Shown here one piece after another: positions 1 through 13,195 of a DNA stretch of 64,000 bases. Source of the stretch: Octopus sinensis. Taxonomy: Eukaryota. The notes under the pieces are model-generated. The model was not told the DNA's origin. It saw only the letters and a list, made by a program, of their open reading frames with translations, and ran no database searches. Positions within the stretch are counted from its first letter, which is position 1. Every line of letters begins with the position of its first letter. The stretch is taken from positions 92,318,001 to 92,382,000 of the forward strand of contig NC_043000.1 of assembly GCF_006345805.1 (NCBI RefSeq), written 5' to 3'. A program made the position numbers and the translations under genes.

Positions 1-394
1 GGGCTACTTTATTTGAATTCTTACTATAGGGTAACTAATATTATGTTATTACATAACTGACTTCACAATTTGGACTTCACAATTCATAACTTATTGTGAA
101 TTCCTAAAAACTAGATCTTGTGTAAGACAGGTTGGTATTCTCTGTAAATGCACAAAAGCCGTTTTAAGGGCTTCATACTTTTATTACTGTGTATGAGTAT
201 GTAAAAAAGTTGATCGCTTAATTTGAGTTTTTATTTTAATGCTTATATAAACATATATAGACATTTATGCATACATACATATACATTTATGTAATACATA
301 TATACATATATAAAGAGACATACATATAGGTATATACATACACATGTAAACATATGCATATATATTTATACATTAAGAGATTAGCCATAATATA

Positions 395-1087
395 CAGGAT
401 TGCCACAGAGTCACACACCATGAGAGATATCCAGTATGCTTTATTAGCAAAGAAGTATGTAATTCATTACAAATGTTCAAAGTGTTGGTCATGTAGCTCT
501 AAACAAGTGTTCATATGGAATTTTAAATTGTGATGAGCCCTCTCAAATACTCTTCATTGCTGATGACTTGTTTACATACTTCAACAATTCTTTGAAGGAG
601 ATGTCCTTGGTCACAAATCTTTTCAGAATACACAAGGGTTTTAATGTAGCCCCAGCAAAAAAAGGAGTTAAATCTGGTGACCGTAGTGCCCATTCAATTG
701 GCCTGCAACGCCCAAGCCATCTCCCTGGAAAATGTTTGTTCAGAAAATCACAAACCTGTAATGCCTAATGTGGTGGAGCCCCATCTGGTTGAAACCAGCC
801 ATGATTTTCTCTTCTAAGTGAATGCCCATGAAGTATCAACTTGTTGCCAAGCATGGCCAGATACAAATCACCCGTCGCAGAGCCCTCGAAATAAAATGGT
901 CCAATTACTTGATTGTGCCAAATCCCATACAACACTATTACCTTGCGCCTACCTTGTTGATTATCTGTCTCCATCCAATGAGGAATGGTTTGTGAGTAAT
1001 ATCAGCAGTTGTGAAAAGAGATAAAAAAAAGAGAATGTTACCAATTTCACATATTGCAGGATGGTGCATGACTTTATGGCCACCCTG
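395..1087 (-). mobile_element. Internally deleted Tc1/mariner DNA transposon, DD41D (rosa/Visitor)-like, with both TIRs
   Basis: Imperfect 26-bp TIRs (CAGGATTGCCACAGAGTCACACACCA at 395; reverse complement of the right end CAGGGTGGCCATAAAGTCATGCACCA ending at 1087), with TA on both sides. The minus strand reads VIGPFYFEG...WFQPDGAPPH*ALQVCDFLNKHFPGRWLGRCRPIEWALRSPDLTP, with a stop and a later frameshift. Confidence 0.85.
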
Positions 1088-1117
1088 TACAGTAAACATA
1101 TTTGAACATATTGCATA

Positions 1118-1455
1118 TGTGGCACCTTGGGCAAGTGTCTTCTACTATAGCCTCGGGCTGACTAAAGTCTTGTGAGTGGATTTGGCAGATGGAAATTGAA
1201 AGAAGCCCGTCGTATATATGTATACATTTATGTATGTGTGTGTATATGTCTGTGTTTGTCCCCCCAACATCACTTGACAACCGACACTGGTGTGTTTACG
1301 TCCCTGTAACTTAGCGGTTCGGCAAAAGAGATCGATAGAATAAGTACTAGGCTTACAAAGAATAAGTTCTGGGGTTGATTTGTTCGACTAAAGGCGGTGC
1401 TCCAGCATGGCAACAGTCAAATGTCTGAAACAAGTAAATGAGTAAATGAGAATGA
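1118..1455 (+). mobile_element. SINE family A copy (5'-truncated)
   Basis: Matches the body and tail of the full-length copies at 43656-44070 and 44878-45334 (ACCTTGGGCAAGTGTCTTCTACTATAGCC ... GGCGGTGCTCCAGCATGG ... CTGAAACAAGTAAA). Confidence 0.85.
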
Positions 1456-1965
1456 GTAATATGATTTTGATAATATTGAACTTGTGAACATTTACATCAC
1501 AAAGGCAAAATAAATGTATTCACCATTGTTTTTCACAATAACAAGAATTTTGTGTATTTTCTCTGGCAGGTGTTACAGGTCATAATTTCATTTCAGAACA
1601 TGTAATATATTTTAATTAAATTTGTAAAAAATTCAGCGTAACTTTTCTTGCAAAATATCCAGTTTTATTTCGTTCTATACCTTCTACTTATGATTGTTGT
1701 TTTTGTATTTAGGACTTCCAAAAACTTTTTTTGAAAATTCATGAGATATTTTCTCATGTGTTAAAGAAAATTATTGTCTATGTTGTATTAGTTTCTTGAG
1801 GCATATACATAACCTGTCTCATTTGCTTTCATATTTAAGGTAAAATCTTTTTCCCCTTTTCAGTACATTTCGAGGTTCATCAATCCAAATTTTACACTTA
1901 TGAAACAACTAGCTTAAAAGCTGCACTCCATGCGGACTTTTAAGCTAGCTCTTGTGGAGGGCTAA

Positions 1966-2165
1966 TTCATCATCATCATCATCATCATCATCGTTTAACG
2001 TTCGTTTTCCATGCTAGCATGGGTTGGACGGTTCAACTGGGGTCTGTGAAGCCAGAAGGCTGCGCCAGGCCCAGTCTGATCTGGCAGTGTTTCTACAGCT
2101 GGATGCCCTTCCTAATGCCAACCACTCAGTGAGTGTAGTGGGTGCTTTTTATGTGCCACCTGCAC
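1966..2165 (-). mobile_element. Orphan RTE-LINE 3' UTR copy with (CAT)n tail
   Basis: Reverse complement of the 3' UTR attached to the RTE ORF at 40599-41811 (GGATGCCCTTCCTAATGCCAACCAC; CCATGCTAGCATGG; (CAT)n). Confidence 0.85.
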
Positions 2166-3929
2166 AGTACATGCCGGACCTGCTAATTTCACAAAACTGA
2201 AGAGAACTAAATAGTATGACTACGATACATCTATAATGACTATATATTCTCGTGGTGTTTGATCAAAAGTAAATGATGGATGAGAATCAATTTTGTAATG
2301 CAATTATTCTATTTTTCTTGTCCCAAGCTGAATTCCAACTGTTGGCCAATTTGTCCCTAAGTTCTTATCTCAATGTAAAATTAATGAAGTGAATGTCGTT
2401 TATCTCTCCCTTGATCTCTGTGATCATCTAACAAATGTCATCAAGATGCCGTGACTCAACCAAGCTTTACCTGCTAGAAATAACAACCCAAAAGCTTTTA
2501 AATCGCATCTCAATGCTGGATGTTCAAAAACCAAATGAAGGGAAGATTTTCAATCCTGGGATCATCCTGATTCTAAAAAGGTGTAATATTTCTATGTTGA
2601 GCAAATGTAGACTGGGATGCAGGGGTCCCAGACGGACAGACAGAATTTCATTTTTATTAATGTAGATATGCTTAGTAGTAGTGGAAAATTTTATCTATTT
2701 TCCAGAGATGTATGTTTATTTCTGATTTCTGAGGTAGTACTTATGTCTGAGGTATTATCAATGTTTGAGGTACTATAAACTTAAAGAAAACATGCCAAAA
2801 AAAATGTGTGTTACATCTTTGAGGATAGAAGGTTAGAAGTTTTATGTTTTAGAGTTCTCTAACCACTTAAAATTTCAATGAAGAGTGAGAAAGACTTATT
2901 TGTATTTAAATTATTTTGTATCATTTTATATACTAATCACTTTCTTCCTCTTCATTTGTAAACAATAAAGAGATGGTCAATTTCCCTCTTGTTTCCCCAT
3001 TTCTCCTCCACTTTTAACCTAGATAAGAAGAAATAATGAAGGGAGGTAAAGAAAAAGAGAGTGTGGGAGAATAAAAATAGGGAGGGAAGGTGACAGGAAT
3101 GGAAGACTTAAAACAAGAATGAAGAGGATATGTTATAAAACAATTTACCTTAGCAAGTGACAAGTAAAAAATATCTTAAATGTGGCTTAGTAAAAGAAAA
3201 AGGTAGCCCCTAAGAACATTTTGGTAGAACTTCCACAACAGTTGGTACAAAAGGAAAAAAATACAATTCATGGAATAACAATAGGAATCAGTTCATCACA
3301 GTATGGAGTTATACTTCAACCAGAAATCTGCTTCATAAACATACAATAAAGGGAGAGATGGGACTCCATCAAAGGCTTCAAGACCAGAGGCTGGTTTTAA
3401 AGTATTCAATGGTTTAGATCTACCACTGCTGTGTATCCATTGGAACCTGAGGAGTTGCATATAAGGCTGAGTGCTTTATGGATGCAAAACCATTGGTCAT
3501 TCTATGAACAGCCATAATAATTAACTTCCTAGGTATATATGTATATACAGAGAAAGAGAGAGTGAGAGTGGAATGAGAAACAGATAGATGTATACATATA
3601 TAGAAGCGAAAATGCGCACATACGCATACATACACACACAAAGCCTATATTTGCATATATAAACTTTAAATTGAGGTTATTATTTTGAAGCAAAGAAAAC
3701 ATTATGAAAATAAAGTAATCATTATTTTAAAGCAAGTTTAAGAATAACTAAGGAAGATTTACTGAGGCAGGTATTCCCTGAGAATAGAGTAAAAGTTATC
3801 GTAAAGTTTGCATTGAATGATATTGTTCAATAAATACATACATACAATCATATATATGTACATAAACATATATATATATATATATAAAGAAATAGAGGGA
3901 GAGGGGCACACATTTACATAGATTATATT

Positions 3930-3984
3930 GACACACACACATATATATGCATATATATATGTGTGTATACATAGATATATATAT

Positions 3985-4042
<58 letters not shown>

Positions 4043-4210
4043 TATATATATTTGTATGTGTGCATAGAGGTATTTACATGCACACAGATACATATATACA
4101 TACTCACTCACATATATGTACACATTTATACATACATACAAAATATTGCATATACTTTGTATTTGTGTGTCTGTATATGCTCATATGTGTGTACACATGA
4201 GTGTTTGAAG

Positions 4211-4286
<76 letters not shown>

Positions 4287-4820
4287 TATGTAAATGTACA
4301 CCACTTTACCAATTAATGTATGCGTCTATTCATATAATAAGCATGTGTGTGTCCCTATAGCATATCTCTCCATGAAACACTCCCTTAAAGTTATATAGCC
4401 ACAAGGTAAGACTAGACTTAAATCAAAATGCCAAGGAGAATGAATTGAAGAATTTACCAAAAAACAATATATATATATGTGTGTGTGCGTGTATATATAT
4501 ATGAATGTGTAAATATATATATATATATATGTATAAGTATGCATATATATATACACACACATATATATATATATATATACGTATATATACATATATATAT
4601 ATATATATATCTATATATACATATATATATATATACACACACATATATATATATATACGTATATATATTTATATTTATATATATATTTATGTGTGTGTAT
4701 TTATGTATATATATATACACATATATATATACATATACATACATACATGCATACATACATGTATGTATACATACATGTATGTATACATATATGTATGTAT
4801 ATATATATATATATATATTA
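3930..4820. repeat. Compound (TA)n/(CA)n/(GA)n microsatellite block
   Basis: Directly visible dinucleotide arrays; they produce the spurious YI-repeat ORFs. Confidence 0.95.
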
Positions 4821-6279
4821 TTTCGCATTTTCATTTTTATTAGTGTTTCTTTCTTATTTCTTATTTGTTTATTTTCACTTCATTTTTGTTGCATTTTTTC
4901 TTCTTTTACATCTCCTGAATATTGTAGCTGCTGTTGTTGTTATTGTTGTTGTTCTTATTGCACTTTATACTCTTACATCATTTCCCTGCTAAGAAGCTGA
5001 AGTACCCTCTGGCAATTTATATATATACATACACCCAACCTTACCATGCCTCTCCACATAATACTAACACCACCATTACCACTGCCACCACCACCACCAC
5101 CACCACCACCATCCCCACCAACACCACCTCCAACTACCTCTAACATAAAAACCACCATTGCATATCACAACTTCCCCACTGTTATTTTCAATACCACATA
5201 CCACCCTAAATGTAAACTGAAATGACACACCCTTTATCAACCAGGTTGCTCCATCATTTACACTAACAACACTGCTCCTACCACCTAAACTACAAACACC
5301 AGAACTTTTGTTATCCCTAACCTCACAATGGTCACAAACACTCTCCCTCTCTACCACTGCTACTCATCAAACATCCATTTCTTCAAAACTAGAACAACAC
5401 TGCATTTTTGTCTCACCTTTTCATACTGCTCTGCTCCCAACTAGTCCCCCACCATCAGCAGACAGCTTACAACACCACACTTGTCGCACCACTACAAAAC
5501 TGCTTCTGTCGCACCATAAGACCACTTCTACAACACCTTTACAGAGTTACCTCCAGCACAGTACCATAAAACAGGATCCATCATTGAAACCAGCAAAGGT
5601 ACCTCAATGTGCTCGGTCATTACTGCTACAAATCACAATCAAATCTACCATCGCTCAATATTGACTTCTAAAATGATACACCAGATAACCATTCCCATGT
5701 TCCTTGCATATAAAAACAAATTATGTGATAGTCATGGCTAGAATATCTTTGATCATAGATTAACTGAGGCTTGTCTAATCTAAGGCTAAAGAATAAAAAC
5801 AACTTCTATTACACCATCATTATTACACTGTTTCCATTACACCTTTTTGATAAATAATTAACTCATTTTACAAATCATTCAAGTTCTTGTCTGTTTTATT
5901 ACCTGCGCGTACAACATGTAGACTACATGTACACGTAGTGTAAATCATATAAGTCATATGTATTTAGCAGTGATCATTAAAATACTTATGGGTGAGTAGT
6001 AACATAAGAAGGTAAAGACAAGATTTGGTGTTGTTGTAATAAGTTCTAGGTATGATTTTAAACTACATCTGGTCATGAGACCCTAGTTTGGTGGTTCCAG
6101 GGTTTTCAGGAGTGTGAAGCCACCTCACAGCCACTGTTGTTCCCAGGTTTCCTCTGACCCAGGGTAGCAATATCTGTCATAGTTCCAGCTATAGTTTAAA
6201 TAGCATGAAACAACCGGAACCAAGGTACATTGAAATCAGGGGTTGCAGCATGGAAAATGTGACCAATTTCATATAAGAA

Positions 6280-6480
6280 GCACCTGTGCTGGTGCCTGCC
6301 ATTAGGAAGGGTATCCAGCTGTAGAAACGTTACCAAAACAGAAAGCTGGAGCCTGGTGCAGCTCTCCAACTTTCCAGCTCCTGTCAAACTGTCCACCCTA
6401 TGCCAGCATGGAAAACAGATTAAATGGTATCGATGATGATGATGATGATGATGATGATGACGATGATGGAGATGATGATG
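6280..6480 (+). mobile_element. Orphan RTE-LINE 3' UTR copy with (GAT)n tail
   Basis: TTAGGAAGGGTATCCAGCTGTAGAAAC ... TGCCAGCATGGAAAA ... (GAT)n. Confidence 0.8.
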
Positions 6481-6514
6481 AATTTATTGAGTCAATAGCA
6501 AATACCATCAGATA

Positions 6515-6771
6515 GTGGAGGTGTGTGGCTTAGTGGTAAGGGTGTTGAACTCATGATTGTAAGATTGTGGTTTCGATTCCTGAACCGGATGACTCATTGT
6601 GTTTTTGAGCAAATCACTTCATTTCATGTTGCTCCAGTCCACTCAGCTGGCAAAAATGAGTAATCTTGTGAAGGACCAGGGTCCCATCCAGGTGGGGAAT
6701 ATTTATGCCATGGAAACCTAGGAAACTGGCCTTTACATGTTAGCATGACTCAAGAAGGTAATTTTACTTTT
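6515..6771 (+). mobile_element. tRNA-derived SINE (family D head/body with an OR1-like tail)
   Basis: A-box-like TGGCTTAGTGG and B-box-like GGTTTCGATTCC; imperfect ~14-bp flanking direct repeat AAATACCATCAGAT / AAATACCACTAGAT. Confidence 0.8.
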
Positions 6772-7044
6772 AAATACCACTAGATGCTGATCCTAATTGT
6801 ATGCAACAACCTGTCAAAGGCTAGGATCAACCAGTTCAGTTAGTAAGCTATTGCTACCATCTGTAGTCATGTCAAGGTTAGATTAGATATTTCAGCTGGT
6901 GAAAGACCAACATGACTGAAACTCAAGCCAGATGTTTATGCTTCATCGCTCAAGTGAGACACTTGGTATGGAAGACTTACATTGGTCTGGTCTGAGCAGG
7001 TCACCTGACCTGGATGAGAGATGATTAAAATATGTAATGAAGTA

Positions 7045-7250
7045 CATTATTTATATTATTTACATTGGTGGATATGTGTCCTTATCTTATTTGTTATCTC
7101 AATGTTTCAGCTGATTTATTCTCCAGCTTTCATCAGGTGTTCTGGTAGAAGGCTTGAATCCAACTCTGGGTTCTCATCCCTAAGCTATTTTCTTGTAGTG
7201 GTAACTACAAAGAAGATGAGGACACAGATCTGTCCAATGTAAATAATTCT
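7045..7250 (-). mobile_element. Penelope-like pseudo-LTR remnant with inverted ends and a degenerate hammerhead core
   Basis: Minus strand CTGATGA-A-AGCTG-(loop)-CAGCT-GAAA at 7105-7136. ATTTACATTGGTGGATATGTGTCCTTATCTT (~7058) is inverted at ~7213-7245. Confidence 0.6.
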
Positions 7251-8983
7251 TCATCTCTAAAATTCGGAACAGCATGTAATAAAGTTTTTGAAATAGGGCC
7301 TATATTTGTTTTCACATGTGGCCAGAGCCTATTATTGTTTTGCTCTGGCCTGGTCATGGTTAGAATACTTTTACTCACAGTCATGCAGGGCATCAGAATT
7401 GACCAGAGGCTAAATAATAACAGCTACTCAAAAGGTATCCAAACAATAGTACCACACAAAAACCATTACAAAACTTCTAACTATTACTAGACCTCATTAG
7501 CTACTCAAAGCACAGTAGCCTCACCACTGATGCAACTTACAAAACTCACAACTGATTTCAATACAGATTTCCTTCTTTTTTCTTTCATTCATTCTCACTT
7601 CTGTTTTTTCATGCTAGCATGAGTTAGAGTGGTGCTGAGTTAGAGTGGTGCTTCAAAACCTCTTTTGGCCTACATACTGCTTCAGTTTTCCAAAACTCTG
7701 TGTGTTCCTCCATGGATGGGCAAGATTAGGGTAACATACATTCACACATGTGTATATGAGTGCATGTGTGTGTTTGTGTCAGTGCTTCTATATACATGTA
7801 TGTGTAAAGAGAGAGAGAGAGTGAGAAAAACCAGGAGAGAGGGAGAAAGAGAGAGAGGGGGCTGAGAAAAACCAGGAGAGAGAGAGAGAGAGTGAGAGAA
7901 AGAGAACGGCTGTGTGTGTGTGTATGTGTGTGTGTGTGTGTGAAATAATGAGGTACAGATAGTAACAGAGAGTCGGAAGAGGAATGAGGTAAAGAAAGAG
8001 AGAAGTCAACTGTGCTTAAAAGTGTGAGAGAGAAGATAGAGGAAGAAAGAAGAAAGAAAAACAAAGGTAGTGTGAAATAATGAGATACAGATAGATAGTG
8101 AAAAAGAAGGGAATAAGGAAGAGTGGTGGTGGTGGTGGTGGGGTGGGGGTGGGGGAATAGAGCACTAAGCAAATTGGTAAAGAATTCTCTAAGTAACCCT
8201 CAGGCACAAACTAGTTGTTAATGCCAAAGATAACTACTCTAGACAGGAGTTAAGGTGAGGAGGGAATATTATTATTTTTATTTTTATTTTTATTTTATTT
8301 TATTATTTTATCTTATTTTATTTTGTTTTATTTTATTTTATTTTATTTTTATATATATTCCCACATTCTGAAAATGTTTTTGGACAAAATAATATCAATT
8401 TATCCCACTTCAACGCCGCACTGTTGGCTGGCCATAAGTTGGTGCAAAAGTATGGCCAAGAATATTGAATTGTAAAACACAAGTAAAAAAAAAAAAAAAA
8501 AAAAAAAGGAAAAATGAAAAACAAACAAACAAAAAATAATGAGTAGATTGAGAGAAGTGAAGTTATCACTCTGTGTATTTATATGATTACGAAATACATA
8601 TGTGTATGTGCGTGTATGTATGTGCATGTGTATGTGTGTTTATATTATGTCGTTGTCATTGCTTAGCCTCAGGCATGGCCATGTGATTAAGAAGTCTGGC
8701 TTCTAATCACATGGCTCTAGGTTCAATCCTTCTGCACAGTACAGCAATTTAGGTGAGGGTCTTGACACCATAATTTTGAGTCAATCAAAGTCTTTTGATT
8801 AAAGGGAGAAATTAAAAAGAAAAAGAAAATCTGATGGTCTATATTTTTATCTTTTACTTGTTTCAATTAATGGACTGGAGCCATGCTGGGGCACCGCCTT
8901 GAAGAATTTTAGTCAAATGACTTAACCTCAGAGCTTTTTTTTTTTTAAGCCTCATACTTATTGTATCTATCTCTTTTATTGTC

Positions 8984-9342
8984 TGAAGGCACACGGCTCA
9001 GTTAGTGAAAGCACATGTCTCAGTGGTTAGAGTGACAGACTAACAGTCATGAGGCAGTGAGTTTGATTCCTGGACCGGGCTGTGTTGTGTGCTTGAGCAA
9101 GACACTTTATTTCACATTACTCCAGTTCACTCAGCTATAGAAATGAGTTGCAATGTCACTGGTGCCAAGTTGTATGGGCCCTTGCCTTTCCCTTGGATAA
9201 CATTGGTGGCATGGAGAGGAGAGGCTGGTATGCATGGGCGACTGCTGGTCTTCCATAAACAACCTTCCATAGACTTGTACCTCAGAGGGGAAATTTCTAG
9301 GTGCAATCCTATGGTTATTCATGGCTGAAAGGATTACGTTTG
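8984..9342 (+). mobile_element. tRNA-derived SINE family D, nested inside a minus-strand SINE A
   Basis: Head CTCAGTGGTTAGAG...GTTTGATTCC; body GCTTGAGCAAGACACTTTATTTCAC...CCAGTTCACTCAGCT. SINE A sequence resumes on both sides (8848-8980 and 9345-9690). Confidence 0.8.
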
Positions 9343-10049
9343 CTCTCTTTTGCTGCACCAAGAAATGGTGACACAAATACACCAACACTAGATGTCAAAT
9401 GGTGGTGGGGGACAAACACACACACTCACACACACACTTAAACTCATATACCTATATAACATTAGATCTAATAGAAACACTTTGCTCATATTAGCATATA
9501 TACACTATGCTACTCTTACACAGCGAAGATTCATGGCTCAGTGGTTAGAGCTTTGGGATCACAATTGTGAGGTAGTGAGATTAGTTAGCCTGAAGCCATT
9601 GTAGAAGACATTTGCTTAAGGTGCCATGCAGTGGGACTGAACCCAGAACCATGTGGTTGGGAAGCAAATTTCTTAACAGACAGCCACACATGCATTAAAA
9701 TTTGTTACTCGATGTTAAGATTAAAGCCACTGTTCTGTTTAGCAGCAGCACTAAGTTCTTTGGTCCATTTTACAAAAACCCACCCTTTTGTTGTAGGAAT
9801 TCAATCTCATAAAAAGACATGGATGTTTGATTAAGAAGTCTGCTTCCCAATCACATGTTTTGGGTTTGATCCTTCTTTGTGATATTTTCGACAAATTTCT
9901 TCAACTATAGCACTGGATCAAATCAGATGTGGCACTTTCAAGATTCCAATGACAAAAATTCCATGTCATTTTATTCTTTTCAGCAATTTGTTATGATTGC
10001 AGGTGTTAATTTTCAACTTTTAATATGAAACCATTTTGTAACTTGTCTA

Positions 10050-11330
10050 TAGTGTAATTTACAGTCCTTGCTATATTGTCATGACATCTCTTATATTCAT
10101 TCTGGACTAGTGGCTTACATTGACTGGTAATATGCCATACAGTTTCACCATTTCGTCTACAAATTCTGCATTTACCACTTTCTGATGTGATGTCTATTCT
10201 GTATTTGATGTAATTGGTTCTTAATACTTGCTTTTGGGCAGTACAGATTGGAGCTTCTGTTTCCGGTTTTAAATCACTTTTTGTCATCCATAGCCATCTT
10301 TTTCCTCTGTCTGTCTTATCTTCAACATGCCTATAAAATTGTTCATGCATTCTTTTCTTTATCCACCTATTTTCAGTTTCATTCATTCTCAAGTGCTTGT
10401 ACAGTGCTTTATCTTTGCAATCTTCCATCCTACACAAGCCTGACCTTCTTACTTCCAATAATAGCAGTTCTGTGGCATTTTTCTACATACCATGCTATGT
10501 TGTTCTTCTTCTCTAATGCTGTGTTCACATCCCATCAGTCCTCTTCCCCTCTTTTTCTTGGTACATACAGTCTGTCTGCGTCGATTTTTTTGTGAAGTAT
10601 CCCATATCTAGTCAGCAACTTCCTTGTCTTTCTGTCTAAGCTGCTTACTTTGTCTACTGTCCATGCGCTTACTCCTGCTCCATATCTAAGTAGTGAAACT
10701 ACTCCGGCATTGATAACTTCACTCTTATTCTGTCCGTTTAATTTCAAATTAAGGATCAGTTTCAGTCTGTACAAGTACTCCACCATAAATTTTTCTGTCA
10801 TTTCTTTCTCTATCAATTTACCTATTTCTAATATCCTCAAGTACTTATAGCCTGTCTCTTCTATCTGCTTCATAGCCTCCCCTGACAGCATCGCTAGCCC
10901 ATCCATACATTTGATTTTGTCTTTCTTCAAGACTAACGCACCACACATTTTCAGTCTGAACTCCATTCTGATATCAGCACTAAAAGTATACACTGTATCA
11001 ATGAGGGAACTGACTTGGGATTCATCTTTACCATAAAGTTTGAGGTCATCTATGAATAACACATGGTTAACTTTTTGTTGGCAGCTTTTGAATAGATACC
11101 CAGCTTTTGCTTTCCTCAGAATCAGTGTTAGTGGTATCAAACACAGTACAAAGATCAGTGGTGACAGGCAGTTCCCTTGGAAGATGCCCCTCATGATTTC
11201 TACTATCCCTAAACTTCTTCCATGTGCTGTTAGTTCCCTTGTCCACTTTACCATACTTTTTCCAAGCAATTGCTCAACATTCGATGCAATACCAAATAGG
11301 TTCTTACAGTCCATAATCCAAGAATGGATT
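10050..11330 (-). pseudogene. Dong/R4-like non-LTR retrotransposon fragment: C-terminal half of RT plus CCHC zinc finger
   Basis: ORF 10535-11347 has GIFQGNCLSPLIF, HVLFIDDLKLYG, YKYL and LDRKTRKLL..RLYVPRKRG. ORF 10006-10458 has LKPETEA..AQ.QVLRT and CRIC...ETVWHITSQC..RCHDNIA. Frameshifted, and the 5' truncation abuts (TAA)n. Confidence 0.88.
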
Positions 11331-11339
11331 ATTATTATT

Positions 11340-11791
11340 ATAGACATCGCACAGAATACAATATCATGGGGTTGTTGATTGACGATATTATGTCTACCAG
11401 GGGTTTGTACTGTTTACAAGTCACAACAAGGACCTCAGACAGTACTTTACGCAATATGCATGCAATTCCAGGTAATGCTGACTTTTGCAATACACCTAGA
11501 TTGTAGGGTATTTCTAAAGTTTTCAGATGTCTTTTTTTTCAGATTGGGTGATATTGAACCCAATGCTCTGATGGCAATAGGGATAACCCTTATGTTTCAC
11601 TCATGTAGCTGCCACATCTTAACATCTCAATTCTCAGGTCTCCATATTTATCAACCCTTTCTCTTTCTTTTATGATAATATGCTGATCTCCTGGCACTGC
11701 CATGTCAATTATTAGGCACTCTCATTTGTCCCTCCTAAAGGTTAGTGTATCAGGCCTTCCATGCTTTAATATCTTGTCTGTCAGGAAGTCA

Positions 11792-11795
<4 letters not shown>
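11340..11795 (-). pseudogene. Dong/R4-like element 3' end (restriction-like endonuclease domain)
   Basis: The minus strand reads FDFLTDKILKHGRPD...CLIIDMAVPGD...DKYGDLRIE...VIPIAIRALGSI...LQKSALPGIACILRKVL (PD..D RLE signature). Flanked by (ATT)n on the plus strand. Confidence 0.8.
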
Positions 11796-11826
<31 letters not shown>

Positions 11827-11870
11827 TATTATTATTATTATTATTACTATTATTATTATTATTATTATTA

Positions 11871-12386
11871 AGGTGGTGAGCTGGCAGAATTATTAGCATG
11901 CTGGATGAAATGCTTAGCTGTATTTTGTCAGTTGCTACATTCTGAGTTCAAATTCTGCCGAGGTTGACTTTGCCTTTCATCCTTTCGGGGTCAATAAATT
12001 AAGTATCCGTGAAACATTGGGGTCGATGTAATCAACTAGTCCCCTCCCCCAAAATTTCAGACCTTGTGCCTTTAACAGAAAGGATTATTATTATTATTAT
12101 TATTATTTATTATTATTATTATTATTATTTTATTATTATTATTATATTATTATTATTATTATTATTATTATTAAGGTGGTGAGCTGGCAGAATTATTAGC
12201 ATGCTGGATGAAATGCTTAGCTGTATTTTGTCAGTTGCTACATTCTGAGTTCAAATTCTGCCGAGGTTGACTTTGCCTTTCATCCTTTCGGGGTCAATAA
12301 ATTAAGTATCCGTGAAACATTGGGGTCGATGTAATCAACTAGTCCCCTCCCCCAAAATTTCAGACCTTGTGCCTTTAACAGAAAGG

Positions 12387-12436
<50 letters not shown>

Positions 12437-12650
12437 GGTGGCAAGCTGGCAGAATTGTTAGCATTCTGGACGAAATGTGTAGCCATATTTCCCCCATCGC
12501 AACGTTATGCATTCAAAGTCTGTCAAGGTCGATTTTTGCCCTTCATCCTTTCAGGGTCAATAAAATAAGTATCAGTTTAGTACTGGGGTTAGTGTTATCG
12601 ATTATCTCCCTCCTCCAAATATCAGGCTTTGTGCCTATACTAGAAAGGAT
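11871..12650 (+). mobile_element. Three tandem SINE family B copies separated by (ATT)n (11871-12085, 12174-12388, 12436-12650)
   Basis: Each copy has AAGGTGGTGAGCTGGCAGAA...GAGTTCAAATTC (B-box-like)...GCCTTTCATCCTTTCGGGGTCAATAAATTAAGTA...AGAAAGGATT(ATT)n. Confidence 0.9.
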
Positions 12651-12676
12651 TATTATTATTAACAACAACAATAATA

Positions 12677-13170
12677 TGTAGAAAGTTAGAATTGGGCCAT
12701 AATGATAAGTGGTATGAACATGAACCTAGGAAAGTGCTAAAAAGTAAGAAATATAAGACGTTATGCGATTTTCACAATCGGACTCACAGAGTAATAGAAG
12801 CGAGAAGGCCTGATTGGAATAAAGTGAATAGAAGGTGCCAGGTAATTGATTTTGCAGTCCCAAATGATGAAAACGTCAGTATGAGAGGTATAGAGAAAAT
12901 AGTAAAGTACCAGGATCTAGCCATAGAATTACACAGCCTATGGTAAGTGCAGGTAAAAATGTATTCCTGTAATTATAGGTTTATTAGAAAATATTCCTAA
13001 AGCTTTGAACAAATGAAGAGAGGAAATAGGCATACAGCCTAGTTTAGTGCAGCTCCAGAGAACAGTGTTATTAGGGACACATAGGATACTTAGGAAGGTT
13101 CTAAGCATCAAAAGTTAATTGTTGTAGCCTGTCATTAGGAAATTTTCTTTTCCAACAATTTATCCTATTG
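12677..13170 (+). pseudogene. Dong/R4-like element 3' end (RLE domain)
   Basis: ORF 12692-12946 has KWYEHEP...IEARRPD...VIDFAVPND...EKIVKYQDLAIEL..LW; downstream LQRTVLLGT..ILRKVL. AAT/TAA repeats on both flanks. Confidence 0.85.
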
Positions 13171-13195
13171 TGCGTGAATGAAATAATAATAATAA

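Noticed and set aside
3796-5000. Long YI/IY/VC/TH-repeat ORFs here and throughout the ORF track
   Set aside because: They are translations of (TA)n, (TG)n and (CA)n microsatellites, which lack stop codons in some frames; there is no coding signal.
5030-5680. Thr/Pro-rich mucin-like exon
   Set aside because: It is a low-complexity (ACC)n-derived tract with stops in all frames and no convincing splice sites.
11871-12650. Hypothesis that the Dong-like LINE mobilises SINE family B
   Set aside because: SINE tails are (ATT)n on their sense strand, whereas Dong-like fragments are flanked by (TAA)n on theirs, and no shared 3' sequence was seen.
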